NCBI GenBank assembly: GCA_946965045.2 | Contig: OX337229.1 | Coordinates: forward strand, 2,170,001-2,234,000 | DNA: 64,000 nt | Reading direction: 5' to 3' | Source of the DNA: Epithemia pelagica | Taxonomy: Eukaryota; Protista; Bacillariophyta | Part shown: piece after piece, positions 1 to 11,450 of the stretch | Position numbering within the stretch: position 1 is the stretch's first letter | Layout: every line of letters starts with the position of its first letter | Made by a program: the position numbers and the translations under genes | The notes under the pieces: generated by a model | Database searches by the model: none | Seen by the model: only the letters and a program-made list of their open reading frames with translations | Told to the model about the DNA's origin: nothing

Positions 1-315
1 TTGTGTGATTTGTTGTGGAGTGATCCCGATGCTCCCAATTATTGTGGCGAATTTGACAATGCCGGCGGCATGATTACCATTGCACACGATTTAACCTGTT
101 CCTTTCAAATCCTCAAACCCAGTCATTCTCGTCACAACCCATCTCTGGCTGCAGCAACCACTGCAACATCGCGAGGAGAAGGAACGCGACGTCCAAATCC
201 CAGAGAGCATAAAAAGGACTCCACCAAGACCACTCCGACAAGCAGTAGCAGTGTCGAACCATCCTCCGTGTCCAGTCGAACCATGGGCAGTGGTCTTCTT
301 CGCAGCACCTTTTGA
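1..315 (+). pseudogene. 3' part of PP1 catalytic-subunit fragment (duplicate copy)
   Basis: [22 protein letters not shown]...CSFQILKP, identical to 11981-12295. Confidence 0.9.
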
Positions 316-945
316 GCACATTTACTTTAGGGGCGAGGGCTTTGTTTTGCATCCCCACCATTGGAGCAAGGTTATCGTGTCCCTGGAAAGCTTTGTCGAG
401 AGATGAAATTCATGGTTCATCCTGCGTCGAAAGCATCCCAGCTTGCGGTCGAAAAGGTTTCTGGGCGACCAGTTGGTGGTGGGCATCGAAGTGAATCCAC
501 CCCCTTGTGCGACCGTGCACTAGTGTCGGAAACGGGCAACTGCCCTTATTGCACAGACCGACAAGAAATTTGTATCCTGCTGGAGTAGAAACTCCACGGT
601 TTGTGCCGTGGTGGATGGACCTTTCGGTCCATTAGCAGCGATCATAATTTCTAATTTAAGCTCTGGGACCCTTTCGTAGTATTCTCCACGCCCAACTGCT
701 CCGTATTTCGTTGCGAAAAGGAATGCTTTGTATGCTTGATGCGACTTGGACTCCACTCGATGGTGAGATTGTCGTTCTCGATAGTGTTGCCAAGGCACCC
801 ACTCCGGAAGGCTCACTCCAAGTCGGAAGCACCACCATTCAGTGATCTTGATCTCCTACGAGCATAAACTCCCTTGTCTTTTTGGAGAGGGAAACAACAC
901 ATTCAAAATGATTGGAAGAAGCGATCATTCATTCCTATCGTGCCC

Positions 946-1299
946 TTAAAAGAATTGAAGGATGGCACCCAGTACCACCAGGCCACCGGACAACCAGGCA
1001 TAGTATTGTTTCCATTGGATGGCTTCTTGTTGCTGTTCTTGGACTTGTCGCATTTCTTGTAATGTTTGTTGTAATTGTTGTTGCAAGTTCTCTCGTTCTT
1101 GTTTGGCTTGTTCATTCCCCTGCAATACTTGTTGCTGTAACTGCCCTCGTTCCACCCGACCGGCTTCCTGGGCGTTTCGTATTTCGTCTTGCAAGGCTTG
1201 CTTTTCCTGGTTCAGTCGATGTTGTTGTTGTTGATACTGTTTCAATTGTTCGGATTGTTGTTGTTGTAATTGCGCTCGTTCTGTCCGACTTGTTTCCTG
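946..1299 (-). pseudogene. 3' half of Q-rich coiled-coil, tail-anchored protein gene (duplicate copy)
   Basis: Same as 12926-13279; ends in hydrophobic YYAWLSGGLVVLGAILQFF. Confidence 0.75.
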
Positions 1300-2351
1300 G
1301 GAGCTGGGGTAATCCTGAGCAGCTCGCTGTCATTCCAGGCAAAGTCTGACTACAAAGCGGAACACGACCAGAACGCTTAATCGATGTACTATAGCATAAA
1401 CTATGAACATGGACAAATAGAGAACTAATAGAAAGATTTAGGCCCACCACCACCCGGTTTTTGCAACCGCCCCAAATCATACTACATTAATTTACAGACG
1501 CACCATCTTGTGCTTCATGCCGCCTTCAAATTGTGCGTCCGGCTCATGTAGGGAAATCAACAACGCTCTGAATCCGTTTGTTGTGTCGTACATAAATTCG
1601 TAGTCGAACCTGCTTTGGACCATGAAAGGAAGAGAAAGAGAAAACTTTGACCTGACAAAGTCTGTTTCTCTTTTTAGCATCTGATTCATGGCGTCTTCCA
1701 AAGCAAGTTTCATTCGTAGGTTTTTCTCCTCGACATGCCACTCTCTGTGCATGTGTTGGGTTAGATAATGGATATGAGTTGCGTTGTCAGGCCAAATTAC
1801 CTTCACATGTACCTGTAGCTGGCTCGGATCCACTTCAATCAAGCAATTTGTTGTGTCTTCATGTGCAATACCTGTAGGCAACACCACCAAAATCACCAAA
1901 TGACGCTGTTTCTTGTCGTCGACCCACTGTGTCAAGACATGAGGAGGCTCCCAATTCCTCATCATGTCATTACCACTGTCTTCTTCATTCGTCTTTTTCC
2001 TCTTTTGTTGTAGTTGTACCTGTAGTGTCTCCTGTAATGGCATGGATCCTGCCGCCCTTTTCTTCACCATAGCATCGTCACTGACAACAGACTCAGGAGC
2101 GACCTTGGCAGCAACACCTGGTCATAAAAGACAATAAACCACAACAGGTAAGGACAGTGACTCAACAATCAAACAAACTGTGTACACTGGCACTTACCTT
2201 GTCCTTTGGACGACCCAAACAAAGAAGGAGCTGGTTTGAGATCTCCATCATTGGGGTTCCTTACCTTTCCATCCATAGATGGGGCCGTCTCACCACGACC
2301 CAACAACTCATGACCAGTCTCTCTCTCATGTTGATCCTTCAAGTGGACTTG
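1300..2351 (-). mobile_element. Truncated copy of the PHIS/Harbinger element (one TIR, ORF2 exon 2, intron, part of exon 1)
   Basis: CTG then GGAGCTGGGGTAATCC at 1297-1315; same as 13280-14331; cut at the hAT end. Confidence 0.9.
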
Positions 2352-2899
2352 TGAATTACAAATTACCCATTTTAGCACAATTCCAAGAATTATAATAAAA
2401 TTACCCTAACATCACCATTTCATCTTATCTTCCACAATCCCCATCGCATTTGAATAAATTACCTAATTATCTTCCATATGTTTCCCACCATAGAGCAAAT
2501 TACTATATTCAATTCTAGTATCCTAGCTCCATGTAATTGAGACCCTTATTCCATTCCCCCCCTCTCACGATCCATATAATTAGTCCCCAATTACACATCA
2601 TACCCCCCATTGAATTATCAAATCACTCCCTATCCACATGTATTACTGTAATTAGGTCGAATAATAATGAACTTCTATAGAGTTTTCTTTGCTCATTCGT
2701 TACAACAACAGATGAGGAATGGTGAATGAAAGAACACACCATGTACCATGCACCTCCACCACCACCACTCATTTGCGTTTGTGCAGATCTGCAGATCCGT
2801 TTCTCTCCCTCTCTTCAACAACACTCAGACTCTTTTTCCCCTCCATCGTCATACTTCTTTCTATTTGTCGCAAGTTATTATTGATACACCTATTGCAAC

Positions 2900-5800
2900 A
2901 TGGCTCCCCCTTCATTACCAAAGAAGAAACCCAAACCACCACCGAAGAAGAAACAGTCCTCCAGCACCAAGAAGAAAAGCGCTCCCAACAAAAAGAAGCC
3001 TTCTGCTTTAGAGGCTCAACAAGCTTTGATCGAGAAGGATTTTGGTGAGGATGTACAGGCAACCAAAGACGTGAACCAAATGGAGAAAGATGTTCTCCCT
3101 GTGTACCCAAACATTCCTACTCTCTTTTTTGATACCAAATCCTCTTCACAATATTGGGATTGGTCAATTCATATCAACTGGATTGAATTCGAGAAACTCG
3201 TCTCAAACAATAGAGAAGAGCTCGAGTCTTCTTTATACCCCGGATACCACAAAATAATCAAACTCTTCGATTCCTTAGTTGTCATCGATGAAGAGAAGAC
3301 CAAGACTTTGTCGCCTCCTGATCTGAGAGACAAGTTTTGGAAAATGTCCCGACGTGTTCTCATCTGTCCTAGATGTTTCAAGAACAAGTCACAACCACTA
3401 TGTGATTCGGTTATGGTCTGTTCACACGACAAGGCCTCTAACATCTACCAACACATCAAGGGCCATCACAAAGATCTCTATGACACTATACAGGCTGGTG
3501 GAAGTATATTGGGGTCGAATCCGAAACCCCCACCGTCCAACCAAAAGACGCTATCAGGATTCAAAGCGCCAGTCCAACCACGCAAACAAGCCACCAAAGA
3601 ACTCCATCGCCTCATGTATGAGTTCATCAATGACTGTTGTCTTCCAGCAGTAACAGTCGAGAAGCCCCAGTTCCGTGCTTTGTTGAAATATGCCTTTGAC
3701 AACGGTACCCAGTTAAAAGACTCTCGAGCTGAAGCCATGAGCCGACGGGAAATCACTCAGATACGGGTATCGTCGTACCAGGAGTTCATTGATGTTGTTT
3801 CCGATCTTGCACGAAAAGTCCGAGCGGAATACCGTCGCCTTTGTCAACATGAAATCCCATTCGCCACAGTGTGCCACGACATTTGGCAAGCACGGAAACA
3901 CGACGTGCTGGGAGTAACTATCATGTTATGCGACCCACGCAACTGCGTCATCTATCGCATACCAATCGGTCTGGCAGAAACACAAGGACATGCTGCTGTT
4001 GACGTTGCTGCCCTAACGCATTCTCTTCTTAAAGCCGTGGGATTTCGTCCATCTGACCTTTGCGCTACAGTGAACGATAATACTTCCGCAGCAGTGCTAG
4101 CGGGAAAGTACATTGTTGGAGAGCATGCCAGTAAGGGCAAATGTGACATGCACCGTGCAGAATTGGTGCTCAAGCATGCTACTGGTTTGATTCAGCGTTA
4201 TCAAAACAAGACTTTGATCGATTCCTTTCCAGCATTTGTCGACGCTTGGCAGGTTGCTAAGGAGTTTGCTTCGTACCTCTGTTCCAGAAAAGCATATCAC
4301 CGATTCGAAAAATTCAAGTCTGTTGTCTCATCTCTTGGTTGGGTTGTTGTGTCCATCCCACTCCCCAACGATACTCGAGTGGGCGGCTGTGTGTTATCCA
4401 TGGAGACGCTTCTCCGCATACTGTATCCAATGAAGGAGTATGCCTCTAAAGCCGTTGAGTCGGATCCTCACTTTATTACCCTCTTCAACAAGATCGACTG
4501 GACATTGATCTCGCAGTTTGAAGGAATTCTCCATCCGCTTCGTGGAGTCTTGCTATCATTGCAAACTGATGACCCAGGTTCTGGATCGGCTTCCCTCTTG
4601 GAAATCTATACATGTCGATTCCTTATTAAACACATGCGAACAGGTATTGTTGGTTGTCTTCCTACCAATCTAAACTATGGTCAACAGTGGGACGCCAGCA
4701 TCACCATGAAGGAGCTCGATGAAAAAAAAAGGAAAAAGGTCAAGTTTGAGAAACTCGAGAAAGGACCTCGAGACCTAATCCGTCGCATACTCAAGGAATA
4801 CGATTCATACTTAACCAACAAGGACGAAGACGGTCTCAAGGCCATGTGTGCCAACCCCCTACTTGTGAATGTGTATGAAGAACATCTCGTCGAATTAGGA
4901 GCCTACAATGAAGATGAAGTAAAAGAAATAAGGCGGCTTTTTATCAAAGACATGGTGAAACAATTCACAAACAAGAAAGTCTCACAAATTGGTGCTTTGA
5001 TTGCCAAACAAGGAAACATGGCAGTGTCGAACAAGAACACCGCTACCGATACTACAAGTACGGCTCGTACGGCTCATGCAACGGCTTCCAACGCGACCAC
5101 GGGCGGGAAAGCCACTGCAAACGACGATTCCGATTCCGATTCTGATACCTATGTTCCACTCAATCCATTTGAGAAAATTCGAAGATCGAGGGAGTTGAAA
5201 AAACAGGCACGACTACAATTGAGTGGGACGGCTGTAATGGGCGGTCAAGAAGCAGAAATCGTTGCGGCATTGCGGAAAGTATGCACTGAAGCATTCGACG
5301 AATACCGTTCCATGTGTTCGAAGAAGGTGGAACATCAGTGGGATACTGTTATACAGAATTATCCCACAAAGCAGTTGGATAAAGATTCAGAGAAGTGGAC
5401 AGACGATGAGACAAACGAGTTCCTCCAATACTGTTCGGAACACAACTTCCTGAAGGTTGGCAAATACTTTGACGTGATGAAATGGTGGGATGATAACAAA
5501 GGTGATTATCCCTATGTCTTTGTAAGCGCAATCATCTGGCTCACTAAGCCCGCTACAAACGCCTTCCAGGAACGCATCTTCTCTTTGGGAACGTGGTTTT
5601 CACAAAATAAGCTGATGTCTAATCTCTTGAAAAAACATTTCGAAATGAGGACCATGGACTGCCTAACAAGGGAGCTGAGACGAGAAATCCAGCAACGGGA
5701 ATCCGAATTGGAAGCTGCAAAGAGGAACAAGACAAAAGGCTCCACTCTGTCCAAGTATGTTGATAAGCGTCGTCTAGAAAGTGAGAAAGGTGATGGTACT

Positions 5801-6937
5801 GCTGACAAAGAGATTGAAGTTGAGGAAAAAGCAGATGAGACCTTGAATGAAGAAAGTATCTCTCAACAAAAGACGGCCGTTAGGACAAAGTCCATTCAAA
5901 CTGCCACTGAAGGTTTTAAGAAATATGTTCGAGCGGCAAAGTTCCCTGAGTCTGGTCCAATCTCCAAGGTTTCCGAAGATCCAACGTTAGAGATGACGTA
6001 TTATCCACTGTCGGATGACGACGAGCCAGATGGGAAACAAAGAGCCACTGCTAGTGGAAAGAAAGGACAGAGATCACCTACAACAGAGGAAGCCGATGGC
6101 AAACCACCGGCAATCAACAAGAAAGCAAACAATGAACAACCGGCAAAACCTAAGCAGTGGAACAGAGTCGTTTACACACAAGTCAGTGGTAAGCCGACAT
6201 TAGATGACGCGGACTCAGTCATCTATTCCTTAGGAACTGCTGAAAGTATGGATGAAGACAGTGACTGCGCTATGAATCAAGTTGTCCGTGACATAGTCAA
6301 AAATCCCGAACAGGTTGTTGTACTTGAGTCACTTGCAGGAAATTCTGACGAGATTCCCTTAGAAGTTGAGGTAGTGAATGAGTCAAAGGGGGGAGAGAAG
6401 AGAAAGACAGTCAGTTCGGATTCCAAACAATCTCGGAAGAAGCAAAAGGCAAAACAAACTACCATGACTGTAGCGGTACGGACATCGCCACCGAGGCGTG
6501 CAAAAGAAAAGTCACGCAATACACCCCCATCGGCTAAGCTAGTGCGTTCGGATGCAGCCAAAGGAAGTGGAAGTAAGAACAAAGCAAAAAAAACACGTGG
6601 AAAGTCAAAAGAAATCACCCAGTCAAAAGAAGACGCCCATAGTGTGGTCGAGGAAAACACACCCGGTGATCCACATAACGATCATGGAACGGATAAAGAC
6701 AACAACGATTCCGAAGACGACGAAGAGAGAAATGAAGATGGGCATGAAGGGGTGGATGTAGAAGAGATCAATGGCGACGAAGGTGATGAATGTGATAGTA
6801 ACAACAAGAATGATGTAGGAGAATCTATGGAGGAGCAGGAAGAAGACTTTGCCGTTGATGAGGGTGATGAGTGTGACGAGAGTGATGAGGAGGGTGATGA
6901 GGAGGGTGATGTGGAGGGTGACGATGATAACGAGTAA
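2900..6937 (+). CDS. hAT transposase, 1345 aa, intact
   Basis: BED-like CPRC...HIKGHH; VCHDIW (D), VNDNT (D), KCDMH (CxxH), PNDTRV, PATNAFQERIFS (E, dimerisation region); long acidic tail. Confidence 0.92.
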   Translation: MAPPSLPKKKPKPPPKKKQSSSTKKKSAPNKKKPSALEAQQALIEKDFGEDVQATKDVNQMEKDVLPVYPNIPTLFFDTKSSSQYWDWSIHINWIEFEKLVSNNREELESSLYPGYHKIIKLFDSLVVIDEEKTKTLSPPDLRDKFWKMSRRVLICPRCFKNKSQPLCDSVMVCSHDKASNIYQHIKGHHKDLYDTIQAGGSILGSNPKPPPSNQKTLSGFKAPVQPRKQATKELHRLMYEFINDCCLPAVTVEKPQFRALLKYAFDNGTQLKDSRAEAMSRREITQIRVSSYQEFIDVVSDLARKVRAEYRRLCQHEIPFATVCHDIWQARKHDVLGVTIMLCDPRNCVIYRIPIGLAETQGHAAVDVAALTHSLLKAVGFRPSDLCATVNDNTSAAVLAGKYIVGEHASKGKCDMHRAELVLKHATGLIQRYQNKTLIDSFPAFVDAWQVAKEFASYLCSRKAYHRFEKFKSVVSSLGWVVVSIPLPNDTRVGGCVLSMETLLRILYPMKEYASKAVESDPHFITLFNKIDWTLISQFEGILHPLRGVLLSLQTDDPGSGSASLLEIYTCRFLIKHMRTGIVGCLPTNLNYGQQWDASITMKELDEKKRKKVKFEKLEKGPRDLIRRILKEYDSYLTNKDEDGLKAMCANPLLVNVYEEHLVELGAYNEDEVKEIRRLFIKDMVKQFTNKKVSQIGALIAKQGNMAVSNKNTATDTTSTARTAHATASNATTGGKATANDDSDSDSDTYVPLNPFEKIRRSRELKKQARLQLSGTAVMGGQEAEIVAALRKVCTEAFDEYRSMCSKKVEHQWDTVIQNYPTKQLDKDSEKWTDDETNEFLQYCSEHNFLKVGKYFDVMKWWDDNKGDYPYVFVSAIIWLTKPATNAFQERIFSLGTWFSQNKLMSNLLKKHFEMRTMDCLTRELRREIQQRESELEAAKRNKTKGSTLSKYVDKRRLESEKGDGTADKEIEVEEKADETLNEESISQQKTAVRTKSIQTATEGFKKYVRAAKFPESGPISKVSEDPTLEMTYYPLSDDDEPDGKQRATASGKKGQRSPTTEEADGKPPAINKKANNEQPAKPKQWNRVVYTQVSGKPTLDDADSVIYSLGTAESMDEDSDCAMNQVVRDIVKNPEQVVVLESLAGNSDEIPLEVEVVNESKGGEKRKTVSSDSKQSRKKQKAKQTTMTVAVRTSPPRRAKEKSRNTPPSAKLVRSDAAKGSGSKNKAKKTRGKSKEITQSKEDAHSVVEENTPGDPHNDHGTDKDNNDSEDDEERNEDGHEGVDVEEINGDEGDECDSNNKNDVGESMEEQEEDFAVDEGDECDESDEEGDEEGDVEGDDDNE

Positions 6938-6991
6938 AATTGTAGGAGACCTACGAAAAACACATTACATGATACATGATTAGTTTACTAT

Positions 6992-8815
6992 CTATAATCG
7001 TTTATAACTACCGTATTTTCGAACGAGTTGTTGGACTCTGTCTTTTAATTCGTCACTCATTTCGGATTCGGCAATGATGGATTGCAGCTTGTGTCTATTC
7101 TCCGACACTGCACTTTGACTCAATGATCCAAACATTGGGTTAATAGACGACCAGTCAGCGGGATGAACCCATGATTCAAGATACTTGGATGTTAAATATC
7201 CACCTGTATCCTTCGGTACCCAACCCAAAAATTGGGTCCATCTGATCACGTGAATATCAGAAGGAATACCATCCGATCGACCAAATGATGACTCGACAAT
7301 AATCGCGGCGGTTTTGTATCCAATACCAGTGAGGGTAGACACTTCTTCGATCGTGATGTTGGAAGGAATTCGCCCACCATAATGCTTCATAAAGTAGTTT
7401 GCTGCATTAATTATTCGTTCGGTGTTCTGGTAATACCGACCCGGTTCCGAGAACATGGAGCAGATTGCATCAGGTCCGAATTGATCGCTGGCATCGATCA
7501 CAGCTCTTGAAGACGTGATCCCAAAAGAAAATATACGTGGCATGACTCGGCTAAGTTGAGAATCCGAAGTGCTCGATGACATACAGATAGTCATGAGGAA
7601 CATGAAGGCCCTGTCTGCCTGTCGGTCATCTTTTCGAATTGATGCGTCAATCCATTCTTCCCAATTGTCTCTTGGGGAGATTATTCCCATGGACTTGGCC
7701 TTTTCGTGGACAGACAACAGAGCAATAAGGTCGAACTTCCAAATCAAAGTCTGAATGGGACAGAAAATAGGAAGGTATGGAGGTTTGTCAAATACTTTTT
7801 TTAGCATTGGTGGGTCGTGAGGCATAATGCGGCGCTTTTCCTTTGTGCAATATTGGATTGTTTTTTTGGATCGCGACAACGATTTGAGAAAGTTGGACAT
7901 TTCTTGATTTCGGGCACGAGTTGGATATAAGTGATAAGCCTGTCGATGGATGGGGTGTGCTTTTCTGGGTGAATGTGAAGGAGATTTCCGCTTCAACAGT
8001 GTCTGATTTGGAGAATCTGATGGAGTATCGGTGGGAGTGTTAGATTCAGACGTTGGATCAGTGGTAATACAAGTTTCTGGAGACTCGGCGACTGCTTTTT
8101 GGGATGGTTTTGTAAGCAGGTTGGAATATTCATCCCTGATACATCGCAGGTACGGTGAAATGTTTCTTGGTATATACACAGAACATGATGATTTGGATAA
8201 AGAAGAACATGGTTCTAGGAAACAGTCGGTGGTCATCTTCTGTGGTGATTGCTTGCAATATATAGTTGTGTCTGTGGATAATATCCACGAAAGAGCCATT
8301 GACTGAATGGAAGATTGTAGTGGTTGTTCGTTTGCTTGCTCTTGTTCGATGGAGGAAAAGCATTCAAGGGACTGTTGATTGTGTACGAGTTTGAAATGTG
8401 GTTTGCAATGAACATGAAGGATGATTGTTGTACTACCAGGGGGTTGATCAACAAAATGGAAGTGTTGATGTTGCCAGGGACTGGAAACTTCTGTAGTATT
8501 GTAGTCTTCCAATATGGTTTGGAGAACGATTGCTGAAATCAATTCAACTTGCGCAGAAAATGAAAGCAGATCTACTCGGCAGTCATGAGAGGCAGATCCA
8601 GTGGTATTGTGGGTTTGGTAGGAGATATGACCGTCCACTGAGAGTAGCCAATTGATTGTTGCTTGTTCAATGGATTTCAGCATCTCAATTCTGGATGAGG
8701 TACTTGTTGTTGTACCAACGTTGGACCAGATGGCAAATAACTCCAAGTTGCAATGCATGATGTACATTGGTCTGCAGAAAGATTGGAATTGAAGTGATGG
8801 AAGTTCCTTGTTCAT
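6992..8815 (-). CDS. Endonuclease III-like HhH-GPD DNA glycosylase, 607 aa, with unknown N-terminal half
   Basis: FMFLMTICMSSSTSD, YGGRIPS..IEEVSTLTGIGYKTAAII (HhH with Lys), GIPSDIHVIRW (Asp); no C-terminal 4Fe-4S Cys cluster. Confidence 0.88.
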   Translation of the reverse strand: MNKELPSLQFQSFCRPMYIMHCNLELFAIWSNVGTTTSTSSRIEMLKSIEQATINWLLSVDGHISYQTHNTTGSASHDCRVDLLSFSAQVELISAIVLQTILEDYNTTEVSSPWQHQHFHFVDQPPGSTTIILHVHCKPHFKLVHNQQSLECFSSIEQEQANEQPLQSSIQSMALSWILSTDTTIYCKQSPQKMTTDCFLEPCSSLSKSSCSVYIPRNISPYLRCIRDEYSNLLTKPSQKAVAESPETCITTDPTSESNTPTDTPSDSPNQTLLKRKSPSHSPRKAHPIHRQAYHLYPTRARNQEMSNFLKSLSRSKKTIQYCTKEKRRIMPHDPPMLKKVFDKPPYLPIFCPIQTLIWKFDLIALLSVHEKAKSMGIISPRDNWEEWIDASIRKDDRQADRAFMFLMTICMSSSTSDSQLSRVMPRIFSFGITSSRAVIDASDQFGPDAICSMFSEPGRYYQNTERIINAANYFMKHYGGRIPSNITIEEVSTLTGIGYKTAAIIVESSFGRSDGIPSDIHVIRWTQFLGWVPKDTGGYLTSKYLESWVHPADWSSINPMFGSLSQSAVSENRHKLQSIIAESEMSDELKDRVQQLVRKYGSYKRL

Positions 8816-9611
8816 TATTGGTTATTGTGAAGAAGTCAACAGGACAAGCTGTAGAGGTACAACGAACAACGAATGAACACAGAACACATGACCTCTGGGA
8901 GCACGAATTCTGAGCACAGAGTACTGAGCACTACGCACTAATCAACACTGTGAACTGCATGGAAGCGTAAAAAAATATGATAATTTGGTAATTAATTGGG
9001 TAATAGAATGGAAATTTATTCAATTACTCATTGGTGTGGTAATTTAATAAATCTTAAAAATGAATTCTAGGTGGTGCGTTGAATATTGTTATTGAAACGG
9101 ACTAATTCCAAGGCAAAGTGTGTGAGAAGGAAATTATGGTAATTTTTATAAATTAATTCAAACGGACAAGGAATTGGGAAAATTACAATAATTCAATTCA
9201 AAGACAATTGAGTGGATTTGTTAATTCAATAATTATATTCTAAATTATATTAGGGCTAAATTAATTTTGATATTAAATTAAAGAGAGAAAACAAGGAGTA
9301 ATAAATTATAAAATTCCATTATTAAGTGATTGTGCGGTAATTCACAACCCTGATTCGCTTGCGGACGGTTGTCCACAACTCGCTTCTAGCCGCTCTTTGG
9401 TCGTCGATCGACTGGGACTCCTCGTCCTGATCCAACAATTGGACCGCTTCGCGGTAAAGAGTCGACTAAGTTCAGTATCTGTTATCTGTGCAGTGGAATC
9501 CGTGACTGAACGAACCAGAAGTACTGAAATATGTAGACTACTTAGGAGTGAGAATAAAGAGAGACGGTGCAACTGAACTTGCTCTGTACTCCTGGGAGTA
9601 GTTATGGAATT

Positions 9612-10413
9612 CTAGTATCCACAGGTTTCGGAATGTGAAAATGTTGTCACTTATATTCCACGCCATACGATATCTGATGATGCAATGCAATTTGGGTGCG
9701 GCAACTTTGATGGTATAGTTGTTCCTGTTCGACTTGAGGCTATTGTACTACAAGATTTGTCGCCATTTGTTTCGCGTGAGAACAACTCTAGTATCCAAAG
9801 GTTTTGGAATGTGAAACTGTTGTCACTTATAGTCCACGCCATAAGGTATCTGATAATGCAATGCAATTTGGGTTCGGCAACTTTGATGGTATACTTGTTC
9901 CTGTTCGACTTGAGGCTATTGTACTACAAGATTTGTCGCCATTTGTTTCGAGTGAGAACAACTCTAGTATCCACAGGTTTTGGAATGTGAAAATGTTGTC
10001 ACTTATAGTCCACGCCATAAGGTATCTGATAATGCAATGCAATTTGGGTGCGGCAACTTTGATGGTATACTTGTTCCTGTTCGACTTGAGGCTATTGTAC
10101 TATAAGATTTGTCGCCATTTGTTTCGCGTGAGAACAACTCTAGTATCCAAAGGTTTTGGAATGTGAAACTGTTGTCACTTATAGTCCACGCCATAAGGTA
10201 TCTGATGATGCAATGCAATTTGGGTTCGGCAACTTTGATGGTATACTTGTTCCTGTTCGACTTGAGGCTATTGTACTACAAGATTTGTCGCCATTTGTTT
10301 CGTGTGAGAACAACTCTAGTATCCAAAGGTTTTGGAATGTGAAACTGTTGTCACTTATAGTCCATGCCATAAGGCATCTGATAATGCAATGCAATTTGGG
10401 TGCGGCAACTTTG
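9612..10413. repeat. Tandem array, 176-bp unit x ~4.55
   Basis: CTAGTATCCA starts at 9612, 9788, 9964, 10140, 10316; units differ by scattered substitutions. Confidence 0.97.
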
Positions 10414-10864
10414 TGTTAGAATTCTCACCGTCTATGGTGGTTAGATTCTACATCTCATCGATTCCCCATGTCACATAGCCTCGTGCTATCGCATCATGCC
10501 ATCTAGCTTCGAGCTATGTTCCCTAGCTTCGCGCTATATCGACCTATATTTCTTCACAAATCATGAAAAGTGAGAATAGATTGACGAACTCACTCTCAAG
10601 ACTAAACTGGGTCGTGCGGTATTACAACGGACGTAAATTTGGCCGTTGCTCGGACATTATACTAACGCCCTAAGCGTACGCGCCCAAAATCATCGAGCGT
10701 GCCCAAGCGACATCCGAGCGCTGTCGGCATCTATCCGACCCAACGGTCTAAGTATCCCAAGCACGACACACGATCACGCAAGACCATATTTCCATTCCCA
10801 CAATCTCCAAATTGTCAACAAGCTGCGCGCCATGAAAACAACTATGCCAATCCAAAGCAAGAGC
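10414..10864 (+). mobile_element. Decayed copia LTR/leader fragment
   Basis: Starts TGTTAG; GATTGACGAACTCA at 10579-10592 matches 10/14 of the PBS of the other two copia elements; followed by CAAGACTAAAC, similar to CAAGACTTAAAC in the copia leader near 18185. Confidence 0.4.
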
Positions 10865-11421
10865 TGTTGACCCTGTATATGTTATCCGTCCACATATACA
10901 TGTCATATACATCACATGAATCGACTCCAACTATTCCAAACCTGTTGCCGCCAAGAACCCTACCCCCAAGCAGGGGTGAGTCCAGGTCGCACATAGGTCG
11001 TACCTAAAGGTACATCTGTATACTCACCCCCTTGGCTCGACCACCCAAAATTGGCGGTTTTCCGACATTGATACAAATTGCATTTTACCTCAACGCATCC
11101 ACCACGGTGCCAAACTAATGAGGTCGATTGCATCCGCCGTGAAGGCTGTCCAACCGCACCCAAGCCCTTGTAAGCTTTCCCATCCTACCGACGACACTTC
11201 TGCCTACTCGGTGTTGCCTTCAATTGTTCTTTCACGAGCATGGACAACCAGCAAAACACCACATTTCGCGACAACAACGAGGGAGATGAAGATCCATCAA
11301 CCGACTTCCCAAACCGCTCTATTACGTCCCTTCCGCCATCTCATTCTCTCCCCATAATACCGAGCGGCCTTCCAAAGGTCCAGACCTTCTGCACCAGGCA
11401 CGAACCGGAACAACCATAAAC

Positions 11422-11450
11422 CAAGACAAGACAAGACAAGACAAGACAAG
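11422..11450 (+). repeat. (CAAGA)n microsatellite, ~6 units
   Basis: Read directly. Confidence 0.9.

Larger units (their letters stand above)
1..2351 (+). repeat. Direct repeat of 11981-14331 (offset 11,980 bp); left edge lies outside the window
   Basis: Same sequence at 1 and 11981; every ORF in the track recurs with +11980 offset; copies diverge after ...AAGTGGACTTG (2351/14331). Confidence 0.97.
2349..9352 (+). mobile_element. hAT DNA transposon, ~7.0 kb, transposase plus DNA glycosylase cargo
   Basis: Right end GTAATTCACAACCCTG (9337-9352; reverse complement CAGGGTTGTGAATTAC); left end TTGTGAATTAC (2349-2359), i.e. the TIR minus CAGGG; AT-rich subterminal regions ~2360-2680 and ~8970-9335. 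Confidence 0.85.

Noticed and set aside
999-1234. Cys-rich metallothionein-like ORF (1019-1234, 12999-13214)
   Set aside because: Antisense reading of CAA/CAG codons gives TGT/TGC-rich text.
912-1349. Hydrophobic 145-aa ORF (also 12892-13329) as a membrane protein
   Set aside because: It is the antisense of the CAA-rich coiled-coil gene and crosses the transposon boundary.
9612-10413. CRISPR array or repeat-protein CDS
   Set aside because: Units are contiguous with no unique spacers and no cas genes; the 176-bp period is not a multiple of 3, so the recurring short ORFs are artefacts.
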